64,000 bases of DNA. It comes from Eubacterium sp. GTDB lineage: Bacteria; Bacillota; Clostridia; Lachnospirales; Lachnospiraceae. A program made the position numbers and the translations under genes. The stretch lies in assembly GCA_017634475.1 (NCBI GenBank), contig JAGBNH010000117.1, positions 4,828 to 68,827 on the forward strand, in the 5' to 3' direction. The notes under the pieces were generated by a model, which made no database searches, was not told the DNA's origin, and was given only the letters and a program-made list of their open reading frames with translations. Positions 39,782 to 50,445 of this stretch are shown here, piece after piece (position 1 is the stretch's first letter; the number at the start of each line of letters is the position of its first letter).

Positions 39782-41647
39782 ATGGACTTTAACGAAGAAC
39801 AGAAAAAAGCGATCCGCTGGAATAAAGGTCCGCTCCTTGTGCTGGGTACACCGGGGTCGGGGAAGACTACCGTTATCCTCAATCGCATCAATCACCTGGT
39901 GAAAAACTGTAAGGTGATCCCCGGACAGATCCTGGTGATCACCTTTACCCGGGCAGCTGCGGTATCCATGGAACAGCGGTATGCCCGGTTGGACCGGAAA
40001 TCCGGAGGCGTCCGTTTTTCCACATTTCATGCCTTCTTTTTCTGGATCGTACGGACGGCATATAAGCTGCCCATGGACAGTGTTCTGCAGGAGGCTGTCC
40101 GCTATCAGTGGATCCGGGGGATCCTGACCGGTATTTCCCCGGAATACGGAAACAACGACGAGACCATTGCCAGCGTGCTGCAGCAGCTGGACCGGATCTC
40201 CAACGATATGGTGGATATCGATGATTATTACAGCCGGGATCTGCCGGCAGAGGAGTTCCGCAGGCTGTACCGTGAGTTTCAGGAGAAAAAACGGAGAGAG
40301 GATAAGATCGATTTTGATGATATGCAGAAAATGTGTTACGAGCTTCTGCAGGAGCGGTCGGATATCCTGGACCGGATCAGAGAAATGTATCCCTACATCC
40401 TGGTGGACGAATATCAGGATACCAACCGGATCCAATATGAGATCCTGAAGCTTCTGGCACATCCCAGGGATAATCTTTTCGCAGTGGGCGATGATGATCA
40501 GTCCATTTACGGATTCCGCGGAGCGAGACCGGAGATCATGCTGGGATTTGACCGGGAGTTCCCCGGGGCGAAGACCATCACCCTGGAGGTCAATTACCGG
40601 TGTCCCGCGGTGGTGACGGATACCAGCGCCAGGCTCATCGGAAACAATGTCCATCGTTACTCCAAGGCCCTTCGGGCCGCCAGGAAAACGGCGTCGGATG
40701 AATGGGTGAACGTGGTAAATGTAAAGGATGATCAGGAGGAAAACCTGAGGATCCTGCAAAGGATCGAGGAAGCAAGACGGGAGGGCATACCCTACACGGA
40801 TATGGCCATTCTGTACCGGACAAATGAAAATCCCAGGAAGCTGTCGGTGCTTCTTCGTTCCAGAGGTGTCCCCTATACCATGCGGGATGCCATTCCGAAT
40901 ATCTTCCGGCATATGTCGGTGAGTCCCATCATGGATTATCTGGCTTTTGCCAACGGAGATCACAGCAGGAGCCGGTTCCTGCATTTTATGAATAAGCCGG
41001 TAAGATATATCCGAAGGGATATGCTGAAGCAGGAACAGGTGGATCTGGATCAGCTGGTCCGTGCATCTGCCGGACAGGTCTATCTCCAAAGGAATATCCA
41101 GGAGCTGAAACGGGATATCCGGCGGCTCAGGACCCTGCCGCCGGCGGCGGGGATCAATTATATCCGAAAGGCCATGGAGTATGAGGAATGCATACTGAAT
41201 CTGGCTGAGGAAAGAAATATGGATCAGGAGGAGATCCTTGGACAGATGGATGAGCTCATGGCCATGGCCGAGCCCTATCAGACCATTCAGGAGTTCCTTA
41301 CCTTTGCGGAGGCATATGAGGAGCTGCTGAAGGAAGAGAATTACAAACGCTCCGGGAACGGCGCTTCCGAGGAGGAACGGGGCGTTCAGCTGATGACCAT
41401 GCACAGCGCCAAGGGACTGGAATTTCAGGAGGTGCATATCCTCGACTGCGTGGAGGGTGTGATCCCCCATAAGAAATCCAAGGCGCCGGCCTCTGTGGAG
41501 GAAGAACGAAGACTGTTTTATGTGGGGATGACCAGGGCCATTCACAGGTTATACCTGTATGTCCCGGCGATGATCGGACAGAAGGCAGTAAAGCGATCCC
41601 CATTTATTGAGGAAATACAGGAGAAAACCGCAAAAAAACGGAAATAA
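39782..41647 (+). CDS. UvrD/PcrA/Rep-family ATP-dependent helicase (short form)
   Basis: GTPGSGKT, DEYQD, VGDDDQSIYGFRGA, TMHSAKGLEF, EEERRLFYVGMTRA. Confidence 0.93.
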   Translation: MDFNEEQKKAIRWNKGPLLVLGTPGSGKTTVILNRINHLVKNCKVIPGQILVITFTRAAAVSMEQRYARLDRKSGGVRFSTFHAFFFWIVRTAYKLPMDSVLQEAVRYQWIRGILTGISPEYGNNDETIASVLQQLDRISNDMVDIDDYYSRDLPAEEFRRLYREFQEKKRREDKIDFDDMQKMCYELLQERSDILDRIREMYPYILVDEYQDTNRIQYEILKLLAHPRDNLFAVGDDDQSIYGFRGARPEIMLGFDREFPGAKTITLEVNYRCPAVVTDTSARLIGNNVHRYSKALRAARKTASDEWVNVVNVKDDQEENLRILQRIEEARREGIPYTDMAILYRTNENPRKLSVLLRSRGVPYTMRDAIPNIFRHMSVSPIMDYLAFANGDHSRSRFLHFMNKPVRYIRRDMLKQEQVDLDQLVRASAGQVYLQRNIQELKRDIRRLRTLPPAAGINYIRKAMEYEECILNLAEERNMDQEEILGQMDELMAMAEPYQTIQEFLTFAEAYEELLKEENYKRSGNGASEEERGVQLMTMHSAKGLEFQEVHILDCVEGVIPHKKSKAPASVEEERRLFYVGMTRAIHRLYLYVPAMIGQKAVKRSPFIEEIQEKTAKKRK

Positions 41648-41660
41648 AGGAGACGGGAAA

Positions 41661-41969
41661 ATGGAAAACTGGAAGGACCCCGGAACACTGCAGGGACTGG
41701 ACGAGGTAAGAAAAGAGATCGATCAGGTGGATGACCGGCTGAAGGAATTGTTCCTCAGACGCATGCAGCTGGTGGACCGTGTGGCAGAGATAAAATCCGG
41801 AAGCAAGGATGCCGTATACCAGCCCGGAAGGGAGACGGCCATGATAAACCGCCTTACCGAGGGAGTGGAGGATCGTTTTGTGGATGAATATGCGGAATTC
41901 CTCCGTCAGATCCTTAGGCTCAGCAAGGAATATCAGACGAAAAAGAGGGAATCTCACCCTTGCGGGTAA
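41661..41969 (+). CDS. chorismate mutase (AroQ type)
   Basis: LDEVRKEIDQVD...RM..V..VAEIK...VYQPGRE. Confidence 0.88.
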   Translation: MENWKDPGTLQGLDEVRKEIDQVDDRLKELFLRRMQLVDRVAEIKSGSKDAVYQPGRETAMINRLTEGVEDRFVDEYAEFLRQILRLSKEYQTKKRESHPCG

Positions 41970-41988
41970 TATGTATATCTGTTATAAT
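41960..41988 (+). promoter_or_regulatory. sigma-A-type promoter
   Basis: TTGCGG-17-TATAAT with TG extension. Confidence 0.65.
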
Positions 41989-42031
41989 CGGAAAGGTTAA
42001 GGATTTTCTGTTTGCAAATGAGGGGAAACTT

Positions 42032-42412
42032 ATGCATAACACGAAGTCAAATGAATCGATGGAGAATTATCTGGAGGCGATCCTTATGCTTTCAGAGAAG
42101 CTTCCGGTGGTAAGAGGTGTAGACATTGCCGCTGAGCTGGAATATAAAAAGTCCAGTGTGAGTATTGCCATGAAGAATCTTCGTGAGAAGAACCTGATCA
42201 CGGTAACGGATGCAGGATATATCTATCTTACAGAGGACGGGAAGAAGATCGCGGAAACCATCTATGAGCGTCATAAGGTGATCTCAGAATTCCTGTGTGC
42301 TCTTGGCGTAGATAAGGTCATTGCTACGGAAGATGCCTGTCGGATGGAACATGTGATCAGTCATGAGAGCTTCGAGGCATTAAAACGATACTGCGAAGAA
42401 CACTTATTTTAA
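42032..42412 (+). CDS. DtxR/MntR family metal-dependent regulator
   Basis: SMENYLEAI, HTH, IYERH, DACRMEH. Confidence 0.93.
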   Translation: MHNTKSNESMENYLEAILMLSEKLPVVRGVDIAAELEYKKSSVSIAMKNLREKNLITVTDAGYIYLTEDGKKIAETIYERHKVISEFLCALGVDKVIATEDACRMEHVISHESFEALKRYCEEHLF

Positions 42413-42439
42413 CATCTGAAATATCCGGTAATGAATTTT

Positions 42440-42476
42440 GGAAATGAAGGGATCCGCTATGGATTCCTTCATTTTC
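42440..42476 (+). terminator. terminator-like hairpin
   Basis: GAAATGAAGGGATCC-GCTAT-GGATTCCTTCATTTTC. Confidence 0.65.
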
Positions 42477-42513
42477 GACTTGCGATAAAGTAATAAGAAG
42501 GTACGGGAAAAGA

Positions 42514-43650
42514 ATGAGCGACAAGAATACCGAGAAAAAAACTGAGGATACAAAGGCAGAAGAGAGTAAGACAGAAGAAAAATCCGAAAAGAAACGTCTT
42601 CCCCGGTGGGCGAAGGTCTCCATCATTGTGGGAAGCGTACTGGTGGTGCTCGCTCTGGGAGTGTTTATTGCCGTTAAGGTCTATCTGGCGAGAGTTCCCC
42701 GGATCCAGGAGAAAGAACGGCTGGATCCCGCATCGGAGACCTTTGAACGTTCCACGGAAGTGGAGGGAGCTTCGGATACCATTAATGTGGAGGATGTAAA
42801 ATGGGATGAGCTTTATGCCGATGTGATGAAGGATTCGGATATAAAAAATATCCTTCTCATCGGGCATGACGGACGTCCCGGAGATACGGGAAGCCATCGT
42901 TCGGACAGTATCATCCTCTGCAGCATCAATAAGGTGCAGGGTAAGATCAATCTGGTATCCTTCATGCGGGATATGTATGTTCCCATCCCGGGCTACAGCG
43001 ATAACCGGATCAATGCCGCCTTTTCCTTCGGCGGCGCGTCTCTGCTGAAAGAGACCATTGAGCAGGATTTCGGCATTTCCATCGATAATTGTGTGGAGAT
43101 CAATTTTGACGGCTTCATTCAGGCCATGACCGCGGTGGGGGATCTGGAGATCGAGCTTACCGCACAGGAAGCGGATTATCTCAATGAAACGGGAAATATC
43201 ATGAATCTGGAGGAAGGTCTTCCGGAGTCTGACTGGAACCTGAAGGAAGGGAAGAATCTTCTTCGGCCGGATCAGGTCCTTGCCTATTCCCGGACCCGTT
43301 ATGTGGGCCGCTCCGACTATGAACGTACGGAACGCCAGCGGAAGGTACTGACCGCTTCATTTAATAAGATCTCCAAGCTGGGGCTGTCGGATCAGGTGGA
43401 TCTGGCCAATGCCATCATTCCCCATATTGCCACGGATATGACCGATATGGAGATCCTCGGCTATGTGTATTATGTGGTTAAGGACGGCGTGAATATCGGC
43501 GATTCCAACCGTGTCCCTGCGGATAAGTCCTACACCAACGAAATGATCAACGGAATGTCCGTGCTCCTGCCGAAGCTGGCAGAGAATACGGAGCTGCTGA
43601 AAACGTGGTTGTATCAGGGAATAGCATCCCCGGAAGCTGCCGGGGAATGA
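42514..43650 (+). CDS. LCP (LytR-CpsA-Psr) family glycopolymer ligase
   Basis: N-terminal TM, NILLIGHD, RSDSI, SFMRD, RINAA, YSRTR, DYERTERQR. Confidence 0.94.
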   Translation: MSDKNTEKKTEDTKAEESKTEEKSEKKRLPRWAKVSIIVGSVLVVLALGVFIAVKVYLARVPRIQEKERLDPASETFERSTEVEGASDTINVEDVKWDELYADVMKDSDIKNILLIGHDGRPGDTGSHRSDSIILCSINKVQGKINLVSFMRDMYVPIPGYSDNRINAAFSFGGASLLKETIEQDFGISIDNCVEINFDGFIQAMTAVGDLEIELTAQEADYLNETGNIMNLEEGLPESDWNLKEGKNLLRPDQVLAYSRTRYVGRSDYERTERQRKVLTASFNKISKLGLSDQVDLANAIIPHIATDMTDMEILGYVYYVVKDGVNIGDSNRVPADKSYTNEMINGMSVLLPKLAENTELLKTWLYQGIASPEAAGE

Positions 43651-43675
43651 TAAGCAGGAGATTCGCTTTTAATTC

Positions 43676-45418
43676 ATGAGACTTGTTGCCGGTTATCTGA
43701 AAAATTACAAAATACAGGCGATCATGGCACCACTGTTCAAGATGCTGGAGGCGATCTTTGAACTGCTGGTGCCGCTTGCTGTAGCGAAAATGATCGATGA
43801 TGGTATCGGCGGCAACGACCGGGGTACCATCTATGCCATGGGCGGAGTGCTTTTGCTCCTGGCCGCCGTGGGCTTCGGCTGCTCGGTGACTGCCCAGTAT
43901 TTTTCCGCTGTTGCGGCTGCAGGTGTGGGTAAACGCCTTAGGCTGGATCTGTTCCGTCACATCAGTCTTTTATCCTATCGGGAACTGGACCGGCTGGGTA
44001 CCTCTACCCTGGTCACCAGGATGACCAGTGATACGACCCAGGTACAGACCGGCGTAAATATGGTCCTCCGGCTTTTCCTTCGTTCTCCCTTCATTGTGTT
44101 CGGTGCAGTGATCATGGCCTTTACCGTTGATGTGAAGACTGCACTGATCTTTCTCATCGTTCTGCCGATGCTGATCCTGGTGGTGTTCTCCATCACCTTT
44201 GCATCGATCCCCCTTTATCGAAAGGTTCAGGGCAAACTGGACCAGGTGACTCTGCTTACAAGAGAAAACCTGAGCGGCGTCCGGGTGATCCGGGCCTTTA
44301 ACCGTGAAGAAAAAGAAAAAGAAGAATATGCGGCTACAAGTCACCAGCTGATGAAGGCCCAGACCTTTGTGGGAAGGATCACCGCCTTTATGAATCCGGT
44401 GACTTACGTGATCGTGAACTGCGGTATCGCCGCGCTGATCCATTTCGGCGGGATCCGGGTGGACGCAGGTGACCTTACCCAGGGACAGGTGGTGGCCCTG
44501 GTCAACTATATGTCCCAGATCCTTGTGGAGCTGATCAAGCTGGCGAATCTGATCATTACCATGACGAAATCCATTGCCGCTACAAAACGGGTGGAAGAGG
44601 TCTTCGCCACAGCTCCCTCCATCGTCTTCCCGGATAAGCTGGAGGAAGAGATGAAGGCGGATGCACCCCGGGTGGAATTCCGGGAGGTGAGCCTTTCCTA
44701 TACGGAAGGAGGAGAACCGGCGCTTCAGGGAGTCTCCTTTTATGCGAACCCCGGAGAGACCATCGGGATCATCGGCGGTACCGGCTCCGGCAAATCCACA
44801 CTGGTGAATCTGGTGCCCAGATTCTATGAGCGTAACAAGGGTGATATTAAGATAAATGGCGTGCAGATTGAGGCCTTTCCGAAGAAGACCCTTCGGGAAA
44901 TGATCGGCGTGGTCCCGCAGAAGGCGGTGCTGTTCTCCGGTTCCATCGCTGAGAATCTTCGCTGGGGAAATGCGGATGCTTCCGAGGAGGAGCTCTGGGA
45001 TGCGCTCCGTACAGCCCAGGCAGAGTCCTTTGTGAAGGATAAGGAGGACGGTCTTGGATTTATGCTGAACCAGGGAGGAAGAAACCTGTCCGGCGGACAG
45101 AAGCAGAGGCTCACCATAGCCAGAGCTTTGGTGAAGAAGCCCCAGATCCTGATCCTGGATGACAGCGCCTCAGCTCTGGATTTTGCCACGGACGCTGCAT
45201 TACGAAAGGCGATCCGCAGCAACACGGCCGGCATGACGGTGTTCCTTGTATCCCAGCGGGTTTCCACGGTACGTACTGCCGACCGGATCATCGTTCTGGA
45301 GGACGGTGAGGTGTCCGGTATCGGAACCCATGACGAACTCCTTTCCTCCTGCGAAACCTATCAGGAAATCTGTCGTTCGCAGCTGAGACAGGATGAGGGG
45401 GTGGCAGTAAATGGCTGA
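43676..45418 (+). CDS. heterodimeric ABC exporter subunit (TMD+NBD, degenerate Walker B)
   Basis: GGTGSGKST, LSGGQKQR, ILDDS. Confidence 0.93.
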   Translation: MRLVAGYLKNYKIQAIMAPLFKMLEAIFELLVPLAVAKMIDDGIGGNDRGTIYAMGGVLLLLAAVGFGCSVTAQYFSAVAAAGVGKRLRLDLFRHISLLSYRELDRLGTSTLVTRMTSDTTQVQTGVNMVLRLFLRSPFIVFGAVIMAFTVDVKTALIFLIVLPMLILVVFSITFASIPLYRKVQGKLDQVTLLTRENLSGVRVIRAFNREEKEKEEYAATSHQLMKAQTFVGRITAFMNPVTYVIVNCGIAALIHFGGIRVDAGDLTQGQVVALVNYMSQILVELIKLANLIITMTKSIAATKRVEEVFATAPSIVFPDKLEEEMKADAPRVEFREVSLSYTEGGEPALQGVSFYANPGETIGIIGGTGSGKSTLVNLVPRFYERNKGDIKINGVQIEAFPKKTLREMIGVVPQKAVLFSGSIAENLRWGNADASEEELWDALRTAQAESFVKDKEDGLGFMLNQGGRNLSGGQKQRLTIARALVKKPQILILDDSASALDFATDAALRKAIRSNTAGMTVFLVSQRVSTVRTADRIIVLEDGEVSGIGTHDELLSSCETYQEICRSQLRQDEGVAVNG

Positions 45419-47174
45419 ATCCCGTAAAAACAAGGTTACAAAGGATACCCTGAAGAAGATCCTGCATTATCTTAAGCCCTACCTGTTCCTGATCCTGATC
45501 ACGCTGGTGCTGTCGGCAGCAACCGTGATCCTGCAGCTTTATTCTCCCATACTGGCCGGCCGGGCAGTGGATCATATCATCGGCCCCGGAAATGTGGAGT
45601 TTAAAACTCTGGCGAAGATCATCACTGTCTTTCTCGTGCTCACGGGCGGGGCCTTCGTTACCCAGTGGCTGCAGAATGTGGTGAGCAACCGGGTGGTATT
45701 TCATGTGGTCCGGGATATCCGGGTGCAGGCCTTCCGGCATATGCAGGACCTCCCGCTGGACTATATGGACAAACAGTCTTCCGGGGACATCGTTTCCCGG
45801 ATGATCAGTGATATCGACCAGTTTTCCGACGGACTGCTGCTGGGCTTCGCTCAGCTGTTTTCCGGCATCGTGACGATCCTGTTCACCCTGGTCTTTATGT
45901 TCCTGCTGAATGGCTGGATCGCCCTTCTGGTGGTGGTGCTCACTCCCGCTTCCTTATTCCTTGCCTCCTTTATCGCAAGGAAGACCTTTCATCTGTTCCG
46001 GGGACAGTCCGAACAAAGAGGACGGCTTACCGGACTGGTGGACGAAATGGTGGGAAACGAAAAGGTGGTTCAGGCCTTCGGCTATGAGTCCAGAGCCCTG
46101 GATCGTTTTGAAAAGATCAATGACGAGCTGGAGACCGCCAGCAAAAAAGCAACCTTCTTTTCTTCCCTGACGAATCCGGGCACTCGTTTTGTCAATAACC
46201 TGATCTATGCCGGGGTAGGGATCCTGGGTGCAAGCTTTGCGGTGGCAGGCAGGCTTACGGTAGGTGAGCTCACCTGCTTCTTAAGCTACGCCAACCAGTA
46301 TACCAAGCCCTTCAACGAGATCTCCGGCGTGATCACGGAGCTTCAGAACTCCATCGCCTGTGCAAGGAGGCTGTTTGAACTTCTGGAGCAGGAACCGGAG
46401 ATAAGAGAGCCTGAGGATGCAAAGGTCCTTTCAAAAGCCGAAGGAAATGTGGAGCTTAAGGATGTACATTTCTCTTATGACAAGAGTAAGGAGCTTCTGA
46501 AGTCCCTCAACCTCTCCGTGGAGCCCGGAAAACGGGTGGCCATCGTAGGCCCCACGGGCTGCGGTAAAAGTACGCTGATCAATCTTCTGATGCGGTTCTA
46601 TGATGTAGACCGGGGGAGTATCTCCGTGGATGGAACGGATATCCGGGGGATCACGAGAAAGAGTCTTCGTGCCAATTATGGCATGGTGCTGCAGGAAACC
46701 TGGCTGAAGCACGGAACGGTACGGGAGAATATCGCCTATGGAAAACCGGATGCTACGGAGGAAGAGATCCGGGAGGCCGCAAGGCTTACCCATGCGGACC
46801 GGTTCATCCGGCGAATGCCTGACGGGTATGACACAGTGCTGGGAGAGGACGGAGGAAGTCTTTCCCAGGGACAGAAGCAGCTGCTCTGTATCACCAGAGT
46901 CATGCTCCGGCTTCCGCCCATGCTGATCCTGGATGAAGCAACATCATCCATCGATACCCGGACGGAGCATCGGATCCAGCGGTCCTTTGCCAAAATGATG
47001 CAGGGCAGGACCAGCTTCATTGTGGCACACCGGCTGTCTACCATCCAGGAGGCGGATGTGATCCTGGTGATGAAGGACGGAAATATCATTGAGCAGGGAA
47101 AACATGGGGAGCTGCTTCGACAGGGCGGCTTCTATGCAGAGTTATATAACAGCCAGTTTGAGGCTGCAGAGTAA
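45411..47174 (+). CDS. heterodimeric ABC exporter subunit (TMD+NBD)
   Basis: GPTGCGKST, LSQGQKQL, ILDEATS, AHRLST. Confidence 0.93.
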   Translation: MAESRKNKVTKDTLKKILHYLKPYLFLILITLVLSAATVILQLYSPILAGRAVDHIIGPGNVEFKTLAKIITVFLVLTGGAFVTQWLQNVVSNRVVFHVVRDIRVQAFRHMQDLPLDYMDKQSSGDIVSRMISDIDQFSDGLLLGFAQLFSGIVTILFTLVFMFLLNGWIALLVVVLTPASLFLASFIARKTFHLFRGQSEQRGRLTGLVDEMVGNEKVVQAFGYESRALDRFEKINDELETASKKATFFSSLTNPGTRFVNNLIYAGVGILGASFAVAGRLTVGELTCFLSYANQYTKPFNEISGVITELQNSIACARRLFELLEQEPEIREPEDAKVLSKAEGNVELKDVHFSYDKSKELLKSLNLSVEPGKRVAIVGPTGCGKSTLINLLMRFYDVDRGSISVDGTDIRGITRKSLRANYGMVLQETWLKHGTVRENIAYGKPDATEEEIREAARLTHADRFIRRMPDGYDTVLGEDGGSLSQGQKQLLCITRVMLRLPPMLILDEATSSIDTRTEHRIQRSFAKMMQGRTSFIVAHRLSTIQEADVILVMKDGNIIEQGKHGELLRQGGFYAELYNSQFEAAE

Positions 47175-47195
47175 ACAAAGTTGTGGAGGAGATTT

Positions 47196-49352
47196 ATGGA
47201 TATCACAGCAGTGATCGCGAAGGAACTTGAAGTAAAGGCAAGTCAGGTGGAGGCAGCTGTCAAGCTGATCGACGAAGGATGCACCATCCCCTTTATCGCC
47301 CGTTATCGTAAGGAGGTTACCGGTTCGTTAAATGATGAACAGCTCCGGACCCTGGGGGAACGTCTTACCTATCTCAGAAACCTGGAGGAGCGTAAGGAGG
47401 CGGTGATCGCGTCCATCAACGAGCAGGGGAAGCTTACGCCGGAGCTGGAGAAGGCGATCCGCGACGCCGTTACCCTGGTGGCGGTGGAGGATCTTTACCG
47501 GCCCTATAAGCAGAAGCGGAAGACCAGAGCCTCCGTTGCAAAGGAAAAGGGTCTGGAAGGTCTGGCAAATGTACTGCTGCTGGAACAGCCCGGTACCGAT
47601 GTACAGGCTGAGGCAAAGAAATACATTTCCGAAGAAAAGGGCGTGGCAGATGAGAAGGAGGCTCTTCAGGGAGCTATGGATATCATCGCCGAGGGGATCT
47701 CCGATGAGGCGGATTACCGTACCTGGATCCGGAAGAAGACTGTCGATAAGGGCTTCATCCTCTCCAAGGCCAAGGATCCGGAGGCGGAATCACCCTATGA
47801 GACCTATTATGATTTCCGTGAGCCCCTGAATAAGATCACGGGTTACCGGGTGCTTGCGCTGAACCGCGGGGAGAAGGAGAAGTTCCTTACCGTATCCATC
47901 GAAGCACCGGAGGAGGATATCCTGAATTATCTGAAGAAGAAGACCATTTCCAACGAGGATGCGCCCACGACCCAGTATCTTACTGCTGCGGTGGAGGATG
48001 CCTATGATCGTCTGATCGGCCCCTCCATTGAAAATGAGATCCGTTCCATGGTGACAGAAAATGCCGAGGATGGAGCTATCACCGTATTCGGAAAGAATCT
48101 GAGGCAGCTGCTGATGCAGCCTCCCATCGGCGGGAAAACGGTTCTCGGATGGGATCCGGCGTTCCGTACAGGCTGCAAGCTGGCGGTGACAGATCCCACC
48201 GGCAAGGTGCTGGATACCACAGTGGTCTATCCCACAGCACCCACCACACCGGTGAAGATCCGTGCTGCAAAGGATACCGTTAAGAAGCTGATCCGGAAGT
48301 ATAATGTGGATCTGATCTCCATAGGAAACGGCACAGCCTCCCGTGAATCCGAGCAGGTGGTGGCAGAGCTTCTGTCCGAGCTGAGGGAAGAGGAACCGGG
48401 ACGGAAGGTGGCTTATGTGATCACCAACGAGGCAGGGGCTTCGGTTTATTCCGCAAGTAAGCTTGCCACAGAAGAGTTCCCGAATTTTGATGTGGGACAG
48501 CGAAGCGCAACCTCTATCGCCCGTCGAGTACAGGATCCTCTGGCGGAGCTGGTGAAGATCACCCCGGAATCCATCGGCGTGGGACAGTATCAGCATGACA
48601 TGAACCAGAAGAAGCTTCGGGAAGCTCTTTCCGGTGTGGTTGAGGACTGTGTGAACCAGGTGGGTGTGGATCTGAATACGGCATCCAGTTCCCTCCTGGA
48701 ATATATTTCCGGCATTTCCAAGCCCATCGCCAGGAATATCGTTGCTTACCGGGAGGAAAAGGGCAGCTTTAAGGACAGGAACGAACTCCTGAAGGTGCCG
48801 AAGCTGGGACCGAAGGCCTTTGAGCAGTGCGCAGGTTTCCTCAGGATCCGTAACGGCAGCAATCCTCTGGACAATACCGGCGTTCATCCCGAGAGCTATA
48901 AGGCTGCGGCAGGTCTGATCGAGCTCAGTAACTGCACCCTGGCCGACGTGCAGTCGGGAAATGCAAAGATATCCGTTAAGGACTATAAGAAAACAGCAGA
49001 GCAGCTGGGGATCGGTGAACCAACCCTTCGGGATATGGTGGCCGAGATCAGCCGTCCGGGAAGAGATCCCCGCTCGGATGCACCGCTGCCGGTACTGCGG
49101 ACAGATGTGCTGGATATGAAGGATCTGACGGAAGGGATGATCTTAAAGGGAACAGTTCGAAATGTGATCGATTTCGGTGCATTTGTGGATATCGGCGTAC
49201 ATCAGGACGGACTGGTACATATCAGCCAGATGACCAACAAGAAATTCGTAAAGCATCCCCTGGATGTGGTTTCTGTGGGTGATGTGGTGGAAGTAAAGGT
49301 TCTTTCCGTAGATATGAAGAAGAAGAGGATCGCCCTTTCCATGATCCTTTAA
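47196..49352 (+). CDS. tex: Tex-family transcription accessory protein with S1 domain
   Basis: TIPFIARYRKE, DPAFRTGCK, EAGASVYSAS, IGVGQYQHD, C-terminal S1. Confidence 0.95.
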   Translation: MDITAVIAKELEVKASQVEAAVKLIDEGCTIPFIARYRKEVTGSLNDEQLRTLGERLTYLRNLEERKEAVIASINEQGKLTPELEKAIRDAVTLVAVEDLYRPYKQKRKTRASVAKEKGLEGLANVLLLEQPGTDVQAEAKKYISEEKGVADEKEALQGAMDIIAEGISDEADYRTWIRKKTVDKGFILSKAKDPEAESPYETYYDFREPLNKITGYRVLALNRGEKEKFLTVSIEAPEEDILNYLKKKTISNEDAPTTQYLTAAVEDAYDRLIGPSIENEIRSMVTENAEDGAITVFGKNLRQLLMQPPIGGKTVLGWDPAFRTGCKLAVTDPTGKVLDTTVVYPTAPTTPVKIRAAKDTVKKLIRKYNVDLISIGNGTASRESEQVVAELLSELREEEPGRKVAYVITNEAGASVYSASKLATEEFPNFDVGQRSATSIARRVQDPLAELVKITPESIGVGQYQHDMNQKKLREALSGVVEDCVNQVGVDLNTASSSLLEYISGISKPIARNIVAYREEKGSFKDRNELLKVPKLGPKAFEQCAGFLRIRNGSNPLDNTGVHPESYKAAAGLIELSNCTLADVQSGNAKISVKDYKKTAEQLGIGEPTLRDMVAEISRPGRDPRSDAPLPVLRTDVLDMKDLTEGMILKGTVRNVIDFGAFVDIGVHQDGLVHISQMTNKKFVKHPLDVVSVGDVVEVKVLSVDMKKKRIALSMIL

Positions 49353-49356
49353 GAAT

Positions 49357-49391
49357 GAAAAAAACTGCCCGTGATTCGGGCAGTTTTTTTC
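49357..49391. terminator. bidirectional terminator
   Basis: GAAAAAAACTGCCCG-TGATT-CGGGCAGTTTTTTTC. Confidence 0.9.
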
Positions 49392-49392
49392 G

Positions 49393-50403
49393 TCAGGATG
49401 CGGTTACCTCCAGGAATTTCTGAAGGGAGGTGCTCTTTCGTTTCTGCTGATTTAAGGAAAATCCCACGGTCCTGGAGGGGACAGGCGTCCGTAGGGGAAG
49501 CTCCACCAGAGAACCGTCCGCAAGGGCTTCCGAAGCGAATTCCTTCACAACGGAGGATACCCCCATGCCAATCTTCGCAAAATCGATGAGAAGATCCATA
49601 TTGTTCACATCCAGCGCCTGACCATGCTGGATATTCTGCTCATAGAAATAATGCTCCAAATGGTTTCTGGTGACATTTCCCTGCTCCAGCATCATGAGGC
49701 TGCATTTCTCCAGGATCTCTTCCGTGGACATGATCTGATGGCCTGGGAGATTGTTGTTTTGGGGAGCTTCGGCGTCCGCCTTACGGGAGTGAAAGATGCT
49801 GGTCACATTTCCGGCAAAGAGCCAGGGATTCTGCTGGGGCTGATCGGCCGCCTGCTCCCGGATGTACAGATGCTCCAGGTAGGCCGGATTGACCACGAAG
49901 ATGTCGTGGATCTCCTGCAGGGGGCGGTAGGACAGCTTCTCCGGCAATGCGGTCTCACAGATCAGTCCTATATCAATGGAACCCTCCTCCAGCTTCCGTA
50001 CGGTGGTCTGGGTGGAATGGCAGGTGATGGAGACCTTGATATGCGGATAACTGGTGATGAAATCCCGGAGATAGGAGAGCAGGATATTTCGGCAGAGGGA
50101 TGCGGATGCGCCGATCTTCAGCTCGCCGATCCCCAGGTCGCCGGCCTGGCGAAGCTCATCCTCCGCCGTGCGGATGCTCTGGAAGGCTTCCCGCAAATGT
50201 TCAAATAACAGAGCTCCCTGTTCCGTCAGCTCCACTCCCCGGGCCGTCCTGCCGATGAGATGGACAGATAGCTGATCCTCAAGGTTTTTAATGGATCTGC
50301 TGACTGCGGGCTGGGAGATATACAGTCTCTCGGCGGCGCGGCTGATGCTTCCGGTTTCGGCCACCGCCAGAAACACGCGATAATAATTCAGATTGTCGAT
50401 CAT
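49393..50403 (-). CDS. LysR family regulator, divergent from leuC
   Basis: LNYYRVF...GSISRAAERLYISQPAVSRSIKNLE; start at CAT 50401-50403 with SD GAAGGAG. Confidence 0.93.
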   Translation of the reverse strand: MIDNLNYYRVFLAVAETGSISRAAERLYISQPAVSRSIKNLEDQLSVHLIGRTARGVELTEQGALLFEHLREAFQSIRTAEDELRQAGDLGIGELKIGASASLCRNILLSYLRDFITSYPHIKVSITCHSTQTTVRKLEEGSIDIGLICETALPEKLSYRPLQEIHDIFVVNPAYLEHLYIREQAADQPQQNPWLFAGNVTSIFHSRKADAEAPQNNNLPGHQIMSTEEILEKCSLMMLEQGNVTRNHLEHYFYEQNIQHGQALDVNNMDLLIDFAKIGMGVSSVVKEFASEALADGSLVELPLRTPVPSRTVGFSLNQQKRKSTSLQKFLEVTAS

Positions 50404-50428
50404 CTTTTCTCCTTCCACAGCGCCCACA

Positions 50429-50445
50429 TATAACATAAAGTTATA
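50429..50445. promoter_or_regulatory. putative LysR binding site (T-N11-A palindrome)
   Basis: TATAAC-ATAAA-GTTATA in the lysR/leuC divergent region. Confidence 0.65.

Noticed and set aside
41989-42015. Possible DtxR/MntR autoregulatory box
   Set aside because: No convincing palindrome.
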